This document shows positions 28,007 to 40,056 of a DNA stretch of 64,000 nucleotides, in pieces. The position numbers were made by a program, and so were the translations under genes. Position 1 is the stretch's first letter. The number at the start of each line of letters is the position of its first letter. The stretch is from an uncultured Verrucomicrobiae bacterium. Lineage in GTDB: Bacteria > Verrucomicrobiota > Verrucomicrobiia > Limisphaerales > Palsa-1400. The stretch lies in assembly GCA_963707025.1 (NCBI GenBank), contig CAVPOM010000014.1, positions 1-64,000 of the forward strand, written 5' to 3'. The notes beneath the pieces were generated by a model that saw nothing but the letters and a program-made list of their open reading frames with translations, was not told the DNA's origin and searched no databases.

Positions 28007-28081
28007 TGGTGGGCGATGAGGGATTCGAACCCCCGACCAACAGCGTGTAAAGCTGCTGCGCTACCACTGCGCTAATCGCCC
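28007..28081 (-). tRNA. tRNA-Val (anticodon TAC)
   Basis: GGGCGATTAGCGCAGTGGTAGCGCA-GCAGC-TTTACAC-GCTGT...GGTTCGAATCC...CGCCCACCA; 75-nt cloverleaf. Confidence 0.97.
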
Positions 28082-28142
28082 CGGACCCCACTCTACATTT
28101 TATCCCCTGCCCGTGACGAGTCTAATCCGCGCCCCGGAACAT

Positions 28143-28613
28143 TCACTGCCGGACTTCGCCGGCGAAGCCCTGCTGCCGCAGCGCCTCGTAAAGAACCAGG
28201 GCCACGCAATTGGACAAATTGAGCGAGCGCACCCGCCCATGAAACATCGGGATGCGCAGCCAGCCGTCCCGGTAACGGTCAAGTATTGCTTTGGGCAGTC
28301 CGGCCGTTTCCCGTCCAAAAACCAGGCAGTCGTCCGCGGCGTATTTCACGCCGGCATAATTCTTCGGCCCGTTGGATTCAATCAGCCAGAGGCGGGCCTG
28401 CGGCGGAAGCTGTTTTTCAAACTCGCTCCAGCCGGCCCACCGATGCCAGTCCAGGTGCGGCCAGTAATCCAGGCCCGCGCGTTTGAGTTCCTTGTCCTCC
28501 AGCGCAAAGCCGAACGGTTCGATCAAATGCAGCGTCGTTCCCGTGGCGGCGCACAGCCGCGCCACGTTCCCGGTGTTCGGCGGAATCTCCGGCTCAACCA
28601 AAACGACATTCAT
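28143..28613 (-). CDS. trmL: tRNA (cytidine/uridine-34 2'-O)-methyltransferase
   Basis: VLVEPEIPPNTGN, FGRETAGLP and RSLNLSN motifs. Confidence 0.95.
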   Translation of the reverse strand: MNVVLVEPEIPPNTGNVARLCAATGTTLHLIEPFGFALEDKELKRAGLDYWPHLDWHRWAGWSEFEKQLPPQARLWLIESNGPKNYAGVKYAADDCLVFGRETAGLPKAILDRYRDGWLRIPMFHGRVRSLNLSNCVALVLYEALRQQGFAGEVRQ

Positions 28614-28626
28614 CGGGATAAATCCA

Positions 28627-28690
28627 ACGGAGTGATGGAGTGATGGAGTGTTGGGTTCGAACACATCACTCCAACACTCCATCACTCCGT
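28627..28690. repeat. Inverted pair of GGAGTGAT octamer arrays (hairpin)
   Basis: Three GGAGTGAT-type units facing three ATCACTCC-type units; the same unit occurs at 22336, 42543 and 49627. Confidence 0.85.
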
Positions 28691-29439
28691 TTGCTTCCGT
28701 ACCTCACTTTCCACAACACCAAGCCATGCGCCGGCGCCGTCATGCCGGCGGCCCGGCGGTCTTTGCGCCGCAGAATTCCCGCGATGCCGTCCGGGGCGAT
28801 CTTCCCCTGCCCTGCCTGCACCAGCGTTCCCACAATGCCCCGGCACATCTTGTAGAGAAATCCGTCCCCCTCCATGATGAACGTCAGCAGCGGGCCGCGC
28901 CGTTTGATCTCGCACCGCCGCAAAGTGCGCACGGTGGATTTCATTTCATAACTCCGCGCGCCGGCGAGCGATTTAAAATCGTGCCGGCCCGGAAAAAATT
29001 TCGCCGCCGCGCGCATCGCGGCCAGATCCAGCGGACGGGCCACATGCCAGGCCTGCGCGCGCAGCAGCGGATTCATCGCCGCGGCGTTCCACACCAAATA
29101 ACGGTATTCCTTTCCCAGGGCGTCGAAGCGCGCGTCGAAATCCGCCCGGCAGCGCGCCGCCGCCATGATGCGCACATCGGCGGGAAGATGCGCGTTGAGG
29201 GCCAGCGCCAGTTTGGAGGCCGGCATCCGGCAGCCCGGCATTTGCACCTGCGCCACCAAGCCCAGCGCATGAACCCCGGCGTCGGTGCGGCTGGAACTGT
29301 GCAGGCGGCTGATGGCCGCTCCGGGAAAAATCCTGGACAGCGCCTCCTCGATCCGTTGCTGCACGCCCACGCCGGTTTTCTGCGCCTGCCACCCGGCGTA
29401 ATGCGTGCCGTCGAAAGCGATGGTCAATTTGAATTTCAC
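28666..29439 (-). CDS. truA: tRNA pseudouridine(38-40) synthase
   Basis: FDGTHYAGWQ, SRTDAGVHA, FLYKMCR and TAPAHGL motifs. Confidence 0.95.
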   Translation of the reverse strand: MKFKLTIAFDGTHYAGWQAQKTGVGVQQRIEEALSRIFPGAAISRLHSSSRTDAGVHALGLVAQVQMPGCRMPASKLALALNAHLPADVRIMAAARCRADFDARFDALGKEYRYLVWNAAAMNPLLRAQAWHVARPLDLAAMRAAAKFFPGRHDFKSLAGARSYEMKSTVRTLRRCEIKRRGPLLTFIMEGDGFLYKMCRGIVGTLVQAGQGKIAPDGIAGILRRKDRRAAGMTAPAHGLVLWKVRYGSKRSDGVLE

Positions 29440-29445
29440 GGCCCG

Positions 29446-29886
29446 TCATTCCTCCGAATTGTCAGAACGGACCGCGCCGGCCTCCAGATAACTCTGCAAC
29501 AAAATAGCCGCCGCGCTTTGGTCCACTCTTGTTTTGCGCTGTTCGCGGCTCAGGCCGGCTTGGATCAAAAAACGGTTCGCCTGCACCGTCGTCAGCCGCT
29601 CGTCCCAGGTTTTGACCGGAATACCCAGCGCCTCCTTCAGTGTGGCGGCAAACTGCCGCGCCGATTCCGCCGCCGGTCCGTAGGTCCCGTTCATATTGCG
29701 CGGCAAACCGACCAGAATTTCCCGCACCTGCCGTTCTTTGACGATCTCCTCGATCCGCTCCAAAGCTTTCGCGAACGGCTCCGCCGGGATGAACTCCAGC
29801 GGCTGCGCGAGGCTGGCCGTCTCATCGCTCAGCGCCACCCCGATCCGTTTCGTCCCATGATCCAAGGCCAGAATTCTCGTATTCAA
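29446..29886 (-). CDS. ruvX: YqgF/RuvX family nuclease
   Basis: ILALDHGTKRIGVALSD, WDERLTT and DQSAAAILLQSYL motifs. Confidence 0.93.
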   Translation of the reverse strand: MNTRILALDHGTKRIGVALSDETASLAQPLEFIPAEPFAKALERIEEIVKERQVREILVGLPRNMNGTYGPAAESARQFAATLKEALGIPVKTWDERLTTVQANRFLIQAGLSREQRKTRVDQSAAAILLQSYLEAGAVRSDNSEE

Positions 29887-30156
29887 AGAAATAATTGGCC
29901 GATGGTTTTCATTGGCAAGAAAAGTCGTCCGTATGCCGCGATCTTCACGCGGAGACGATCTTTAAGCAACGGTGGGCGGCAGCTCTGAGACGCCTGTTTG
30001 GCTTTGGTGGTGCCAGCAACGCCCTGGCAAATCTATGCGAATCAGGTCCGCTGAGCCGTCTGACTCTCAACTGGCGCCTCTCTGGGATTGGGTTTGTTTT
30101 CATGCCCGGATTATCCGCAATTTTCTGGAGAAGTTATCGAAAGCAAGCCGCGGCAA

Positions 30157-30405
30157 CTACTTGGAGCCTTTGTTCCTGCCTTGACCATTGCGGGAGGAAG
30201 GTGCGGTATGAAAGCCGATGACAAGCATAAAATCCACAAAATCACACGAGTCATCCTCATGCCAGACAGTCAACATTTTGTAATTCGGCGAAGGAGAAAT
30301 GAAATCACGATGGGGAACTTTCAGTTCCCGACCGTCTGCCAAGTTCACTGAGAACGGCTGGAATGGAGTCGCTTCAATCAAACGGCGCAAGGTTTCAGCT
30401 TTCAT
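30157..30405 (-). CDS. Small hypothetical protein (PFxPF family)
   Basis: LIEATPFQPFSVNLADGRELKVPHRD; similar to 58932-59159. Confidence 0.7.
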   Translation of the reverse strand: MKAETLRRLIEATPFQPFSVNLADGRELKVPHRDFISPSPNYKMLTVWHEDDSCDFVDFMLVIGFHTAPSSRNGQGRNKGSK

Positions 30406-30474
30406 GACGCCGACAATATACGCCATGCAATGTCGCTCTGGCAAGATTTCCCAGTTCCGAATTCGCCGCGCCCC

Positions 30475-31767
30475 TTAAAGTGTCGCGAGCGCCTTTCTTG
30501 CTGCCATCACCGTTTTTTCGATGTCCGCCGGCGTGTGCGCCAGCGAAAGGAAACCCGCTTCAAATTGCGACGGCGCAAGATAAATCCCCTCCTCCAGCAT
30601 CGCGTGAAAATACTTGGCAAACCGCGCCCGGTCGCTGCGCAGGGCGTCCGCCAGATTATGAACCGGCTGATCGGTGAAATAGCCGCAGAACATCGAGCCG
30701 AGGCGGTTGAACCGCACCGCTATTTTCGCGCTCCGGGCCGCTTCTTTCATGCCGGCTTCCAGCGCCGCGCCGGCTTCCTCAAGTTTGGCATAAACATTCC
30801 CCGCCGCAAGCTCCTCCAGCGCCGCCAGGCCCGCCGCCATGGCCAGCGGATTGCCGCTCAGCGTGCCGCCCTGATACACCGGGCCGCACGGCGCCAGGCA
30901 ATCCATGATTTCCGCCCGCCCGCCAAACGCGCCCACCGGCAAACCGCCGCCGATGATTTTTCCAAAACAACTTAAATCGGGCTTGAGGCCGAAGCGTTCC
31001 TGCGCGCCGCCCAACGCCAGGCGAAAGCCCGTCATCACCTCGTCGAAAATCAGCAGCGCGCCTTGTGCCGCGGTGATCTCGCGCAGAAATTCCAGGTAGC
31101 CCGGTTTGGGCAAATACAAACCCGCGTTGCCCGGAACCGGCTCCACAATAATTCCCGCGATCTGCTTTGAATTCGCCGCGAACGCCGCCCGCACCGCCTC
31201 GCTCTCGTTGTAGGGCAGAACAATGGTGTGTTGCGTAAAAGCCGCCGGCACCCCGGCGCTGTCCGGGTTCCCAAAGGTCAGCGCGCCCGATCCCGCTTTG
31301 ACCAGCAGCGAATCGGCATGGCCGTGATAACAGCCCTCAAACTTGATGATTTTGTCGCGCCCCGTAAAACCGCGCGCCAGCCGGATGGCCGACATGCACG
31401 CCTCCGTTCCCGAATTGCACATCCGCACCTTTTCCACGCTGGGCAGGGCCGTGCAGATGAACCGCGCCATCCGGACCTCCAGCGGATTGGGGATGCCGAA
31501 ACTGGTCCCCTGCCCTGCCGCGTCTTGCACCGCCGCAATAATTTTCGGATGCGCATGACCCAAAATGGCCGGTCCCCACGTCCCCACATAATCCACGTAA
31601 TCATTTCCATCCACGTCGAAGACGTGCGCGCCCTGTGCCCGGTTGACGAAGAACGGCTGGCCTCCCACCGCGCGAAAAGCCCGCACCGGCGAATTCACCC
31701 CGCCCGGAATATAGCGCAGCGCCTCGGCAAAAAGCGCTGTGGATTTGGTTCTAGATGGCATCATCAT
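30475..31767 (-). CDS. hemL: Glutamate-1-semialdehyde 2,1-aminomutase
   Basis: [21 protein letters not shown] and [10 protein letters not shown] motifs. Confidence 0.96.
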   Translation of the reverse strand: MMMPSRTKSTALFAEALRYIPGGVNSPVRAFRAVGGQPFFVNRAQGAHVFDVDGNDYVDYVGTWGPAILGHAHPKIIAAVQDAAGQGTSFGIPNPLEVRMARFICTALPSVEKVRMCNSGTEACMSAIRLARGFTGRDKIIKFEGCYHGHADSLLVKAGSGALTFGNPDSAGVPAAFTQHTIVLPYNESEAVRAAFAANSKQIAGIIVEPVPGNAGLYLPKPGYLEFLREITAAQGALLIFDEVMTGFRLALGGAQERFGLKPDLSCFGKIIGGGLPVGAFGGRAEIMDCLAPCGPVYQGGTLSGNPLAMAAGLAALEELAAGNVYAKLEEAGAALEAGMKEAARSAKIAVRFNRLGSMFCGYFTDQPVHNLADALRSDRARFAKYFHAMLEEGIYLAPSQFEAGFLSLAHTPADIEKTVMAARKALATL

Positions 31768-33401
31768 CCCTCCCGGTATCGTTGCGCGATCGGGATACGC
31801 CGGCCCACCCCGAAAGCTTTGGTCGTCACTTTTAATCCCGGCGCGGCCTGGCGGCGTTTGTACTCGTTGAGTTCGATCAGGCGAACCACCCGCCGCACGT
31901 CCGCCTCGTTGAATCCCAGCGCCACGATTTCGGCCAGCGACTTGTTTTCCACTACGGAACGTTCCAGGATCGCGTCCAGAATCTCGTATGGCGGCAACGA
32001 GTCCTGGTCGGTCTGGTTGGGGCGCAATTCCGCCGACGGCGGTTTGGTCAGGGACGACGTTGGGATGAGTTCGCGCTGGCGGTTGATCCATCGGGCCAGC
32101 CGATACACCATCGTTTTGGGAACGTCGCTGATCACCGCCAGCCCGCCGCACATGTCGCCGTAGAGCGTGCAATAACCCACCGCCAGTTCGCTTTTATTGC
32201 CGGTTGTCAACACCAGGGAGCCAAACTTGTTGGACAGCGCCATTAAAATCAAGCCGCGCAACCGCGCCTGGATGTTCTCCTCCGTGGTGTCTTCCGCCAG
32301 CCCGCGGAACACCGGCTGCAATTGTTGGCGCACCGAGGCGAACGGCGGCTCGATCGGGATGACATCGTAGGCGATGCCCAGCCGTCCGGCCAGGAGGCGC
32401 GCGTCATCCAGGCTGCCCTGCGACGAATACTGCGAGGGCATCGAGACGACCCGCACATTCTTCGCCCCCAGCGCCTCCACCGCCAGGCAGGCCACCAGCG
32501 CCGAATCAATCCCCCCGCTCAATCCCAGCACCGCCGATTTGAACCCGCATTTCCGCATGTAATCCCTCAGCCCCAGCACCAGCGCGTTGTAAATGTTCTC
32601 CTCCTCCGCTACCGCCGGCGCCGGGATGACGGGGCTGTTCGCCGTGTCCACCACCACGAAGTCCTCCTCGAACGACTTGGCCCGCGCGATCAGCTCTCCC
32701 GCCGCGTTGAAGGCCATGCTGCTGCCGTCAAATATAAGTTCATCGTTTCCGCCCGCCATGTTGCACAGCAGCACCGGCCGCCGCGACTTGTGCGCCAGGC
32801 TGGCCAGCATCTCCTGCCGCAATTTCTCCTTGCCCACGTTCCAGGGCGACGCCGAGATGTTCAACAGGATTTCCGCCCCGGCGGATACCAGCCCGGCGAT
32901 GGGATTGGCGCGATATAGCCTGTGCGGCCAAAAATCCTCGTCGTTCCAGATGTCCTCGCAGATGCTCAGTCCGCACGGGTGCCCGTTCACCGCCACGGGC
33001 GCATTGTCTTTTCCCGGCTCAAAATAACGGTCTTCATCAAAAACATCGTAGGTGGGCAGCAATGTTTTCAGGCGCGTGGCCGCGATTTTTCCCCCTTGCA
33101 ACAGGGCCGCTTCATTGGTGCAGGGTCGGCCGGGCGCGGTTTTATTCTCTCCCGCGTAGCCGACCAGGAGGGCGGTTTTGCCGCTGGCGGCCGCCAGGCG
33201 CTGGAGCGCCTCCAGGTTTTTGGCGATGAAATCCTTTTTCAGCAAAAGATCGCGCGGCGGATAGCCGGGGATGCTCAATTCGGGAAACACCACCAGGTCG
33301 AGCAACTCCGCCTCGCCTCGCCGGGCCGCCTGCAGGATTTTGGCTTCGTTGCCGGCCAGGTCGCCGACGGTGGGGTTGATCTGGGCAAGGGCTATTCTCA
33401 T
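31764..33401 (-). CDS. nadE: Glutamine-dependent NAD+ synthetase
   Basis: Nitrilase domain (VFPEL, ICEDIW) plus [15 protein letters not shown] and KRRQAAPG. Confidence 0.96.
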   Translation of the reverse strand: MRIALAQINPTVGDLAGNEAKILQAARRGEAELLDLVVFPELSIPGYPPRDLLLKKDFIAKNLEALQRLAAASGKTALLVGYAGENKTAPGRPCTNEAALLQGGKIAATRLKTLLPTYDVFDEDRYFEPGKDNAPVAVNGHPCGLSICEDIWNDEDFWPHRLYRANPIAGLVSAGAEILLNISASPWNVGKEKLRQEMLASLAHKSRRPVLLCNMAGGNDELIFDGSSMAFNAAGELIARAKSFEEDFVVVDTANSPVIPAPAVAEEENIYNALVLGLRDYMRKCGFKSAVLGLSGGIDSALVACLAVEALGAKNVRVVSMPSQYSSQGSLDDARLLAGRLGIAYDVIPIEPPFASVRQQLQPVFRGLAEDTTEENIQARLRGLILMALSNKFGSLVLTTGNKSELAVGYCTLYGDMCGGLAVISDVPKTMVYRLARWINRQRELIPTSSLTKPPSAELRPNQTDQDSLPPYEILDAILERSVVENKSLAEIVALGFNEADVRRVVRLIELNEYKRRQAAPGLKVTTKAFGVGRRIPIAQRYREG

Positions 33402-33419
33402 TATTGTGGTTGGCCAAAT

Positions 33420-33989
33420 TTATCGGGCAGGACCACGTTTGGGCGTGAAGGTTTCTGCAAAACTCCCGTGCTCGGTGCGCACCAGCGTCCCCACGCCAAT
33501 ATGATGCTGCTCAAACCAGCCGTGGCTGGTTTCCAGCACATATTGCACATTGCTGGCGGTGGCAGCGACCAGGTTGGTGCTGTCGGGCTGAAAATCGTGC
33601 AGTTCCAAAATAATCCCGGACGGGTCAATGTAAGCGCCGGAAAGAGCCAGCGGGCAATTCTTCGTCCAGAGGGTGGGCTGCGTCGGCCGCCCCAGGACAA
33701 ACAACATCCCGCCGTTCTCCTCGATATTGGTTCGATACATCATCCCGGCAATGAGCTGTTCCGTCGTTACCGCCAGCTCGGCCGTCATTTCTTCTGTCCC
33801 CAGCCACACTTTCATCGTGCGCAATTTCGGCAGCGCCTGGGTCGGCAACTGCCGCAGGACCGCGCGTGGAAACGCGACGGCGGACGCTGGCGCGGGAGCG
33901 GGCGGAGGCGGCGCCGGGGCAGCCTCTTTCCGGCAAGCCCCGGCCATCAATCCCGCTCCGGCCATTGCTGTAACCACACCCCAGTTCAT
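33420..33989 (-). CDS. DUF192 family lipoprotein
   Basis: GMMYRTNI...GMLFV...YVLETSHGWF; lipobox-like AGAC. Confidence 0.85.
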   Translation of the reverse strand: MNWGVVTAMAGAGLMAGACRKEAAPAPPPPAPAPASAVAFPRAVLRQLPTQALPKLRTMKVWLGTEEMTAELAVTTEQLIAGMMYRTNIEENGGMLFVLGRPTQPTLWTKNCPLALSGAYIDPSGIILELHDFQPDSTNLVAATASNVQYVLETSHGWFEQHHIGVGTLVRTEHGSFAETFTPKRGPAR

Positions 33990-34067
33990 AAACGCACAGG
34001 ATGCTGGCGGCGCCGCCGGATTTCAATCAAACAGTGCAATGCTTCCGTGACGGCGGCAGGCGCCGTC

Positions 34068-34180
34068 GGAGCGCGCCCGTCTCCGGGCACAGCAACGTCC
34101 AGCCTCCCGCGCCACCCGGCAAATACGGACGCTGCCGATTCTCCGGGAAAAGCTGCGCCGGGGGACGGGCGCGCGCCTCC
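34068..34180. repeat. REP/REPIN-like intergenic inverted repeat
   Basis: GGAGCGCGCCCGTC...GACGGGCGCGCGCCTCC arms. Confidence 0.6.
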
Positions 34181-34236
34181 TCCGACACCTTGCGGAAAGG
34201 CTGGACTTTCTCCCTCGTTCCGCCAATCAATGGAGC

Positions 34237-36790
34237 ATGCTGAACCACCTTTGCACTCTGGGCCTGGCCCTGCTCGTGACGGTCGCGTCCAGCGCCCGGG
34301 CCGGCGACAGCGGCCTGAATGTCATCGTCGTCGTCAACCAAAACAGCAGCAATTCCGTCCAGCTTGGCAACGATTATTGCGAACAGCGCGGGGTGCCGCC
34401 GCAAAACCTCTTTCGCATGACCGATTGGACGGGCGGTGCGATCAATTGGCAGCAGGGCGATTTTGAAAGTTATCTGCTCAATCCGCTGCTGGCCATGCTG
34501 TCCAGCCGCGGCCTGACCAATCAAGCCGGGATCGTCCTGCTCTCAATGGACATCCCCTACCGCGTTATAAACGACGACAGCCAGAACGGCACCACTTCGG
34601 CGCTCTTTTACGGATTCAAAACCAACACCGCGCCGCCGCCGGGCATGGGCCTGCCAGACAGTTGCTCCCTGCCCGTTGATTCGACCAACAGCTACGCCTA
34701 CAGCGAATTGCCCTTCGCCCTGGCGGAGCCGGCCACCGCCGCCACCAACGCCTTCCTGGCCGTGATGCTGACGGACACCAATCTGGCCCAGGCGGAGGCC
34801 ACCCTGGCGCGGGGCGTGGCCAGCGACAGCTCCTTTCCGCCGGAGACGGTCTGGCTGGAGAAAACCTCGGACACGGCGCGCAACGTGCGATTCATTTTGT
34901 TTGACAACGCCATTCAAGAGTGCCGCGCGCGGAACAACAACGCCGTGCGGCGAACCAACTCCGATTCCACCGCGTTGACGGACGCGCTGGGACTGGACAC
35001 CGGCCTGACCGATTTCTCGCTGCCGGCCGACGCCTTCCTCCCGGGTGCGGTGGCGGACAACTTGACGTCCTTTGGCGGGTATATTTTGGAGAACTCGGGC
35101 CAGACGCCGCTGCTGGCCTTCCTGGAGGCGGGCGCCTGCGGCAGTTACGGCACGGTGGTCGAGCCGTGCAACTACACCTACAAGTTTCCGGACCCGATGG
35201 TGTACTTCTACCGGAACCGCGGCTTTTGCCTGGCGGAAGCCTATTACCAAAGTCTGCCCAACCCGTACGAGGGCTTGATGGTTGGCGAACCGTTGTCGGC
35301 GCCTTTTGCCTGGCCCGGCTCGGCCGTCTGGATATCCCCGGCCGAGGGCAGCGTGCTCAGTGGTTTGGCCACCTTCAATCTCTCCTTCTCCGCCGCCTCC
35401 ACCAACCTGCCGCTGGCGCAGGTGGACTTGTTTGTGGATGGCGGCTTCGTCCAGACCGTGACCAACCTGACGCCCGGCGCCGGCAACATTCTTTCCGTGA
35501 CCATCGCCGGCGTCACGGCCAGTTACACGGTGGCTGGCGGCGATTCGCTCGCTTCCGCCGCCAGCGGGCTGGCGTCCGCCCTGGCGGCGCAGCAAACCAA
35601 CACCGGCGTGCAGGCGGGTGCCGTGGGTGACCCGCTTGGTGCTGCGGTCACAGAATGTGGCCACGCTGGGCGGCCAGATCACGCTGCAAGCCGGCGCGGC
35701 CATTGGCACGGCGGCGGCCCTGACCTCGTTCGCCACGCCGGCGCAGCCAACATTTCTGGATAGCACCGCCTACGGCTACCACTTGGTGCAGGCCAGCAAT
35801 AATCCGAGCACGAATGACTGGCTGCAACTGACCTTCATTCTAACCAACGGCACGCCGGTGACGGTCGCCGTCACTAACACCCAATCCGGCACGACTATCA
35901 CCGCGTTCCTCCAGGCCCTGATGAACCAAATCAATGCCAATCCCGCCCTGCACGCCGTCGGCGGCGCCAACGCTTCCGACCTGCTGGAGTGGGGCAACGG
36001 CTCCTACGGCTTCCTGGTCAACGCCGCCTCTCCCGGCTGGCCGGCCGCGCAAATCCAGACTGTCTTCACCGGCTCAACCGACTTGGGCATAACGCCCCCC
36101 GCCACCAACACGCTCGACGACAATGCCGCCGACTTGCAACCCCGCGCCCATGTCTATCTCAGTTCCGGGACTGCGTCACTGCCGGTGAGCTTTACAGTGG
36201 ACACCACGCAGTTCGCCGACGGATTCCACGACTTGACTGCGGTGGCGTACGAGGGCACCAGCGTCCGCACGCAGACCCGGGTGGAGCGGATGGTGCAATT
36301 CCGCAACACGGCGCTCTCCGCCACCTTCGCCGCGCTTTCGCCCGCCGCCAACGGAGATCTTCAGTTTGCCATCGCCGCCAGCGCCACCAATATCGCCCGG
36401 ATCGAGTTATTTAGCACGGGCGGCTCGGTTGCCGTGGCGGCCAGCCAGGCGGCGGCGGATCTGGCGGCCCCGGCGGCAATCTTGGGTGCCGGCCTGCATC
36501 CTTTCCATGCCGTCGTGACGGACACCAACGGCCATCAGTATCAGACGCCAACGGTCTGGGAACAAGTGCCGGCGTTGCAACTGAGCGTCAGCGGGCCGCC
36601 GCTGGCGCTGAACTGGCCGGCGATCGCGGGTCGGCAGTACAGCATTTTGGCCGCGACCAGCCTCGGCGGTGCCTTTGAGCCGGCCGGCACCATCCTCGCC
36701 ACCAACGCGCGGGCGCAATGGACGATTGCCGCTCCGCCCGCCGGCGCGGTTTTTTACCGGGTGTCCGTGGCGCCCCAGGGAAAATATTGA
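34237..36790 (+). CDS. TIGR03790-like secreted protein with Ig-like domains (frameshift near 35630)
   Basis: Signal peptide, NVIVVVNQNSSNS, ADNLTSFGG, GSYGTVVEP and LAEAYYQS; continues in ORF 35618-36790. Confidence 0.75.
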
Positions 36791-36834
36791 CAGGGTGCCC
36801 GGCCCGCATCAGCATGGCTTGCGCCCTGGCCACT

Positions 36835-39563
36835 ATGAAAGAAGCAAAACAACGGGCTTGCACCCTGGTATTGGCGGCAACATTCGTCTTGACTGGAGGT
36901 CGCTTCCCGGGAGGAGCCACCGCCCTGATGGCCCAGGACAATCCCTCCTCCGCGCCAGCGCCGGCCAATGGGGCCAGCCGGCTCGTCGGGGAGTTGGGCG
37001 GCCCGGAGCGGCTGGTTTTTGAAGGTCTCCACACCTTCACGGCCGACGCCGTGCGCGCCGGCCTGCTCAATAATATTGATTTCCTCGTGGACTCCCACTT
37101 GGAGGCCCCGCTCGACAACTACCTTCAGACGCTGCGCGGCAAAGTGCAGGCCGGTTACCTGGCCGCCCGGCTTTCCAGACGTGCAGGTCAGCACGAGTCT
37201 GGATTCGGAAGGAAGCAGAATTTTGGTCAAGGTCAGCGAAGGACCCCGCTGCCTGCAGGCTGGGATTCGGGTCACCGGGGCCGGGACAATTCCCGTCGGG
37301 TTACTGCGGCGGCGCCTCACCCAAATCCCTCCTTCCGCCAATCCAACCAACCAATCCATCTCCGAGCGTTTGCAGGCCCTCCAGTCCAATCAGCCGAAGA
37401 CCTCAAACCAAGTCCCTTCCATCTCCTTCGATTCTCCTGCTTGGGAACCCGGCCAGCCGGCGTCTTTTGCCCCGTCATCCCTGGACGCCCTCTCCCAGGG
37501 CATAGACGGGGCCCTGCGGGAATTGGGTTATTTCTTCACCCGGACGGAGGTGAAAATTGTTCCGGATACAAACCACGGCACCGCCGATCTCCTCATCGCC
37601 GTCCTGGATGAAGGTTCTTCGGGTGTGATTGACCAAATCAACCTGTCGGGCCTGCGGCGCAACCGCCGCGCCGATGTGCTCAAATACCTGGCCTTGAAAC
37701 CTGGCCTGCCGGTGAACCGGCCACTGTTGATTCGGACCGAGAATTTGCTCTGGCGCTCGGCCCGCTTTCTGGACTTCACGGTCACTCCCGAAATCGTGCC
37801 GGAGCGCAACCACATCAATCTGAAAATCGCCTTGACAGAATATGATCCCATGCCCCCGCTCCAGCAAGACTTGTCCCGCGAGGCCAAGGCGCTCTTGCGG
37901 TTCTGCGACTGGCTGTCGGACCAGCCATCCTCGGGGCAGGACATCGTGGTTGCGGTAGGGACCCTCGAACAGCCCCTCCCTTGGCCCGGCCTGAGGACGG
38001 CCCGGGTCATTTTGTCGCCGCGCGGTCTGCTCATCACGGCCGGGGAGGACGCCGGGGGTGAAGCCGCGCCCCCGCTCTACGCGGCGCTTGCGGCGCGCGA
38101 CACGGTGGGGTTGTTTGATCTGGCGCGCCACTCCAAGCTGGCCATGGCCCTTACCAATTCGCGCTTTCAATCCACGGCCTTCCTCAACATTCTGCCCAAT
38201 CCGGACCCGGCAGCCGAGTCACCTTTCTCCATGACCTTTGGCGGGGGCGTCATAGGTGTGTACGACAAGACTGACCCGGCTCGAACAAATTCCGCGCCGT
38301 CCTTTCGCATGCAGCGGTTGCTTGCGCCCCTGGTTTTTGCCGCTCATGCCTATGAGCACAAGCAAGACATCCATTTCAGTTTTAGCAAGGGTCTGATGAC
38401 CCTGACCAACAAGGACTGGCGCCTCACCACCGAAGAGAAGTCGGGCAAAATGGTCGAACTCGAGCATGCTGGCCAAGGACAAAAAAACCGCCGTTCATGC
38501 TTCCATTCAAAGCCAGGCCTTTGACAGGGCTTGGGCGCAAATCAACCGGCTTTCCGCCGCCGATCACAATCAGGCTGACGCCAAAACCCCGATTGATTCC
38601 ATTCTCGCCTTCTTGCTGGAGGAGGCCGTTCGCGTCAATCCTCTGAGCTCCGCGCTTGCCACCGACCCTGCCGATGAACAACTCCGCCGCAGGACAGCCG
38701 CCCTCGAAAAAATCCTCGAGCGCCATCCCTTTGCTCCTCTGGATGCCATGATTGCCCGCCATCTCTCTCCAAAAGATTCCGAATCCTTTACCGTGCCGCT
38801 CACACGCGGGCCCCCGGCCCAAGGGACCGTCATATCCGTCCTGGCCCCGTTCGTCTTCCGTTTTGGCAACGATCTGTTGCCCCAAGGCTCGTGGCCTTGG
38901 CTGGTCCTGCGCGAGGCCGCTCTCTGCCTTGCCAACAAAGGACAATATGCCGACGTCGTGCTCCACGATGTTTATGAATCCGACCACACCGGGCCGGTCG
39001 GATACGAGGCCATCGCCAGACTGTTGGACTTGGCCAATTCCCCGGCCAGGGGTTTCTTTGCCAGCCGGGGTCTAACCCGGCTTTCCGCCGGAGATTTCCG
39101 CCACGATTACGAGTTGCTGCTCGACAGCAACTGCGTGTCGCGGCAGTGCCTTGTCAATTTGGCCCTGGGATTGGCGGGCTTGGACGACGGGGAGCTTGAG
39201 GCCCTGGCGGGACTTTTCTCACCGGACAACGCCGCCCTCCTGCGCCGGTCCGTCCAGTTATTGCGTCAAAATACCAGCCAGACCCTTGCGGAGACTCTTT
39301 CCCCTGTTCTGAATGAGGTTTGGGATAAGCGCCTCAAACAGATGATCGAAACCGATCTGCTCAAGCTGGCCAAGCCACCTGCCACCAACGCGCCATCCGT
39401 TCCCGCTCCCCCGGCCCATGATGTTCTTCCTGCCCCCCGACCCCGGCGCGTTGCTGCCCCCCGATCCTGGGCGGCTTGTTCGGCAGCGCGACCGTCTCCG
39501 CCGCAGCCGCCGGCGTCCCGCCGACGGGGTCTTTCGTCCGAAACTGGCCCGCCTGCCGGGTGA
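36835..39563 (+). CDS. Large secreted protein with POTRA-like N-terminal segments (two frameshifts)
   Basis: Signal peptide; LVFEGLHTFT...GY...GFPDVQV and LRELGYFFTR...INLSGLRRN patterns across three overlapping ORFs. Confidence 0.55.
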
Positions 39564-39659
39564 GTCCGCCAGCCACTTGCCCAGGATTGGGGTGACCGGC
39601 GTTTTCCGGCGTTTTCGTGCTTGACGCCGGGGGCGGGAAGGACTTGCATGGTGGGCGTG

Positions 39660-40056
39660 ATGAAAATTACTAATTTCAAACCTGTTCTGGCCGCGGCGCT
39701 TGCCGGCGTGGCCCTGTTGGTTGCCGGCTGCGTTTCCACCCCCACCGGCGCCAAGGCCGGTGTGCCGTGGGCCCAGGACACGGGTCACCAGCCGCTACCA
39801 GCGCCCCGTGGAACAGTTGGTCGCCGCCACCCGCGCCGTCCTCAAACACAACGGGAGGTTGCTGGTGGACAATTCTGTTGACAACTCCTTCAGGGCCAAA
39901 GTCAACGAGCGCGACGTCTGGGTGAAAATCACCAAGGTGGACGACAAAGTGTCCCAGGTGGTGGTGCTGGTTCGCAACGGCCTGGGGGGCGATATTCATC
40001 TCGCCGCCGAATTGGACAAACAGATCGCCCTGAACCTGCAGGCCGTCACCCCTTAG
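39660..40056 (+). CDS. DUF3568-like lipoprotein (frameshift near 39780)
   Basis: Lipobox LVAGC; continues RYQRPVEQLVAATRAVL in the second frame. Confidence 0.6.
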
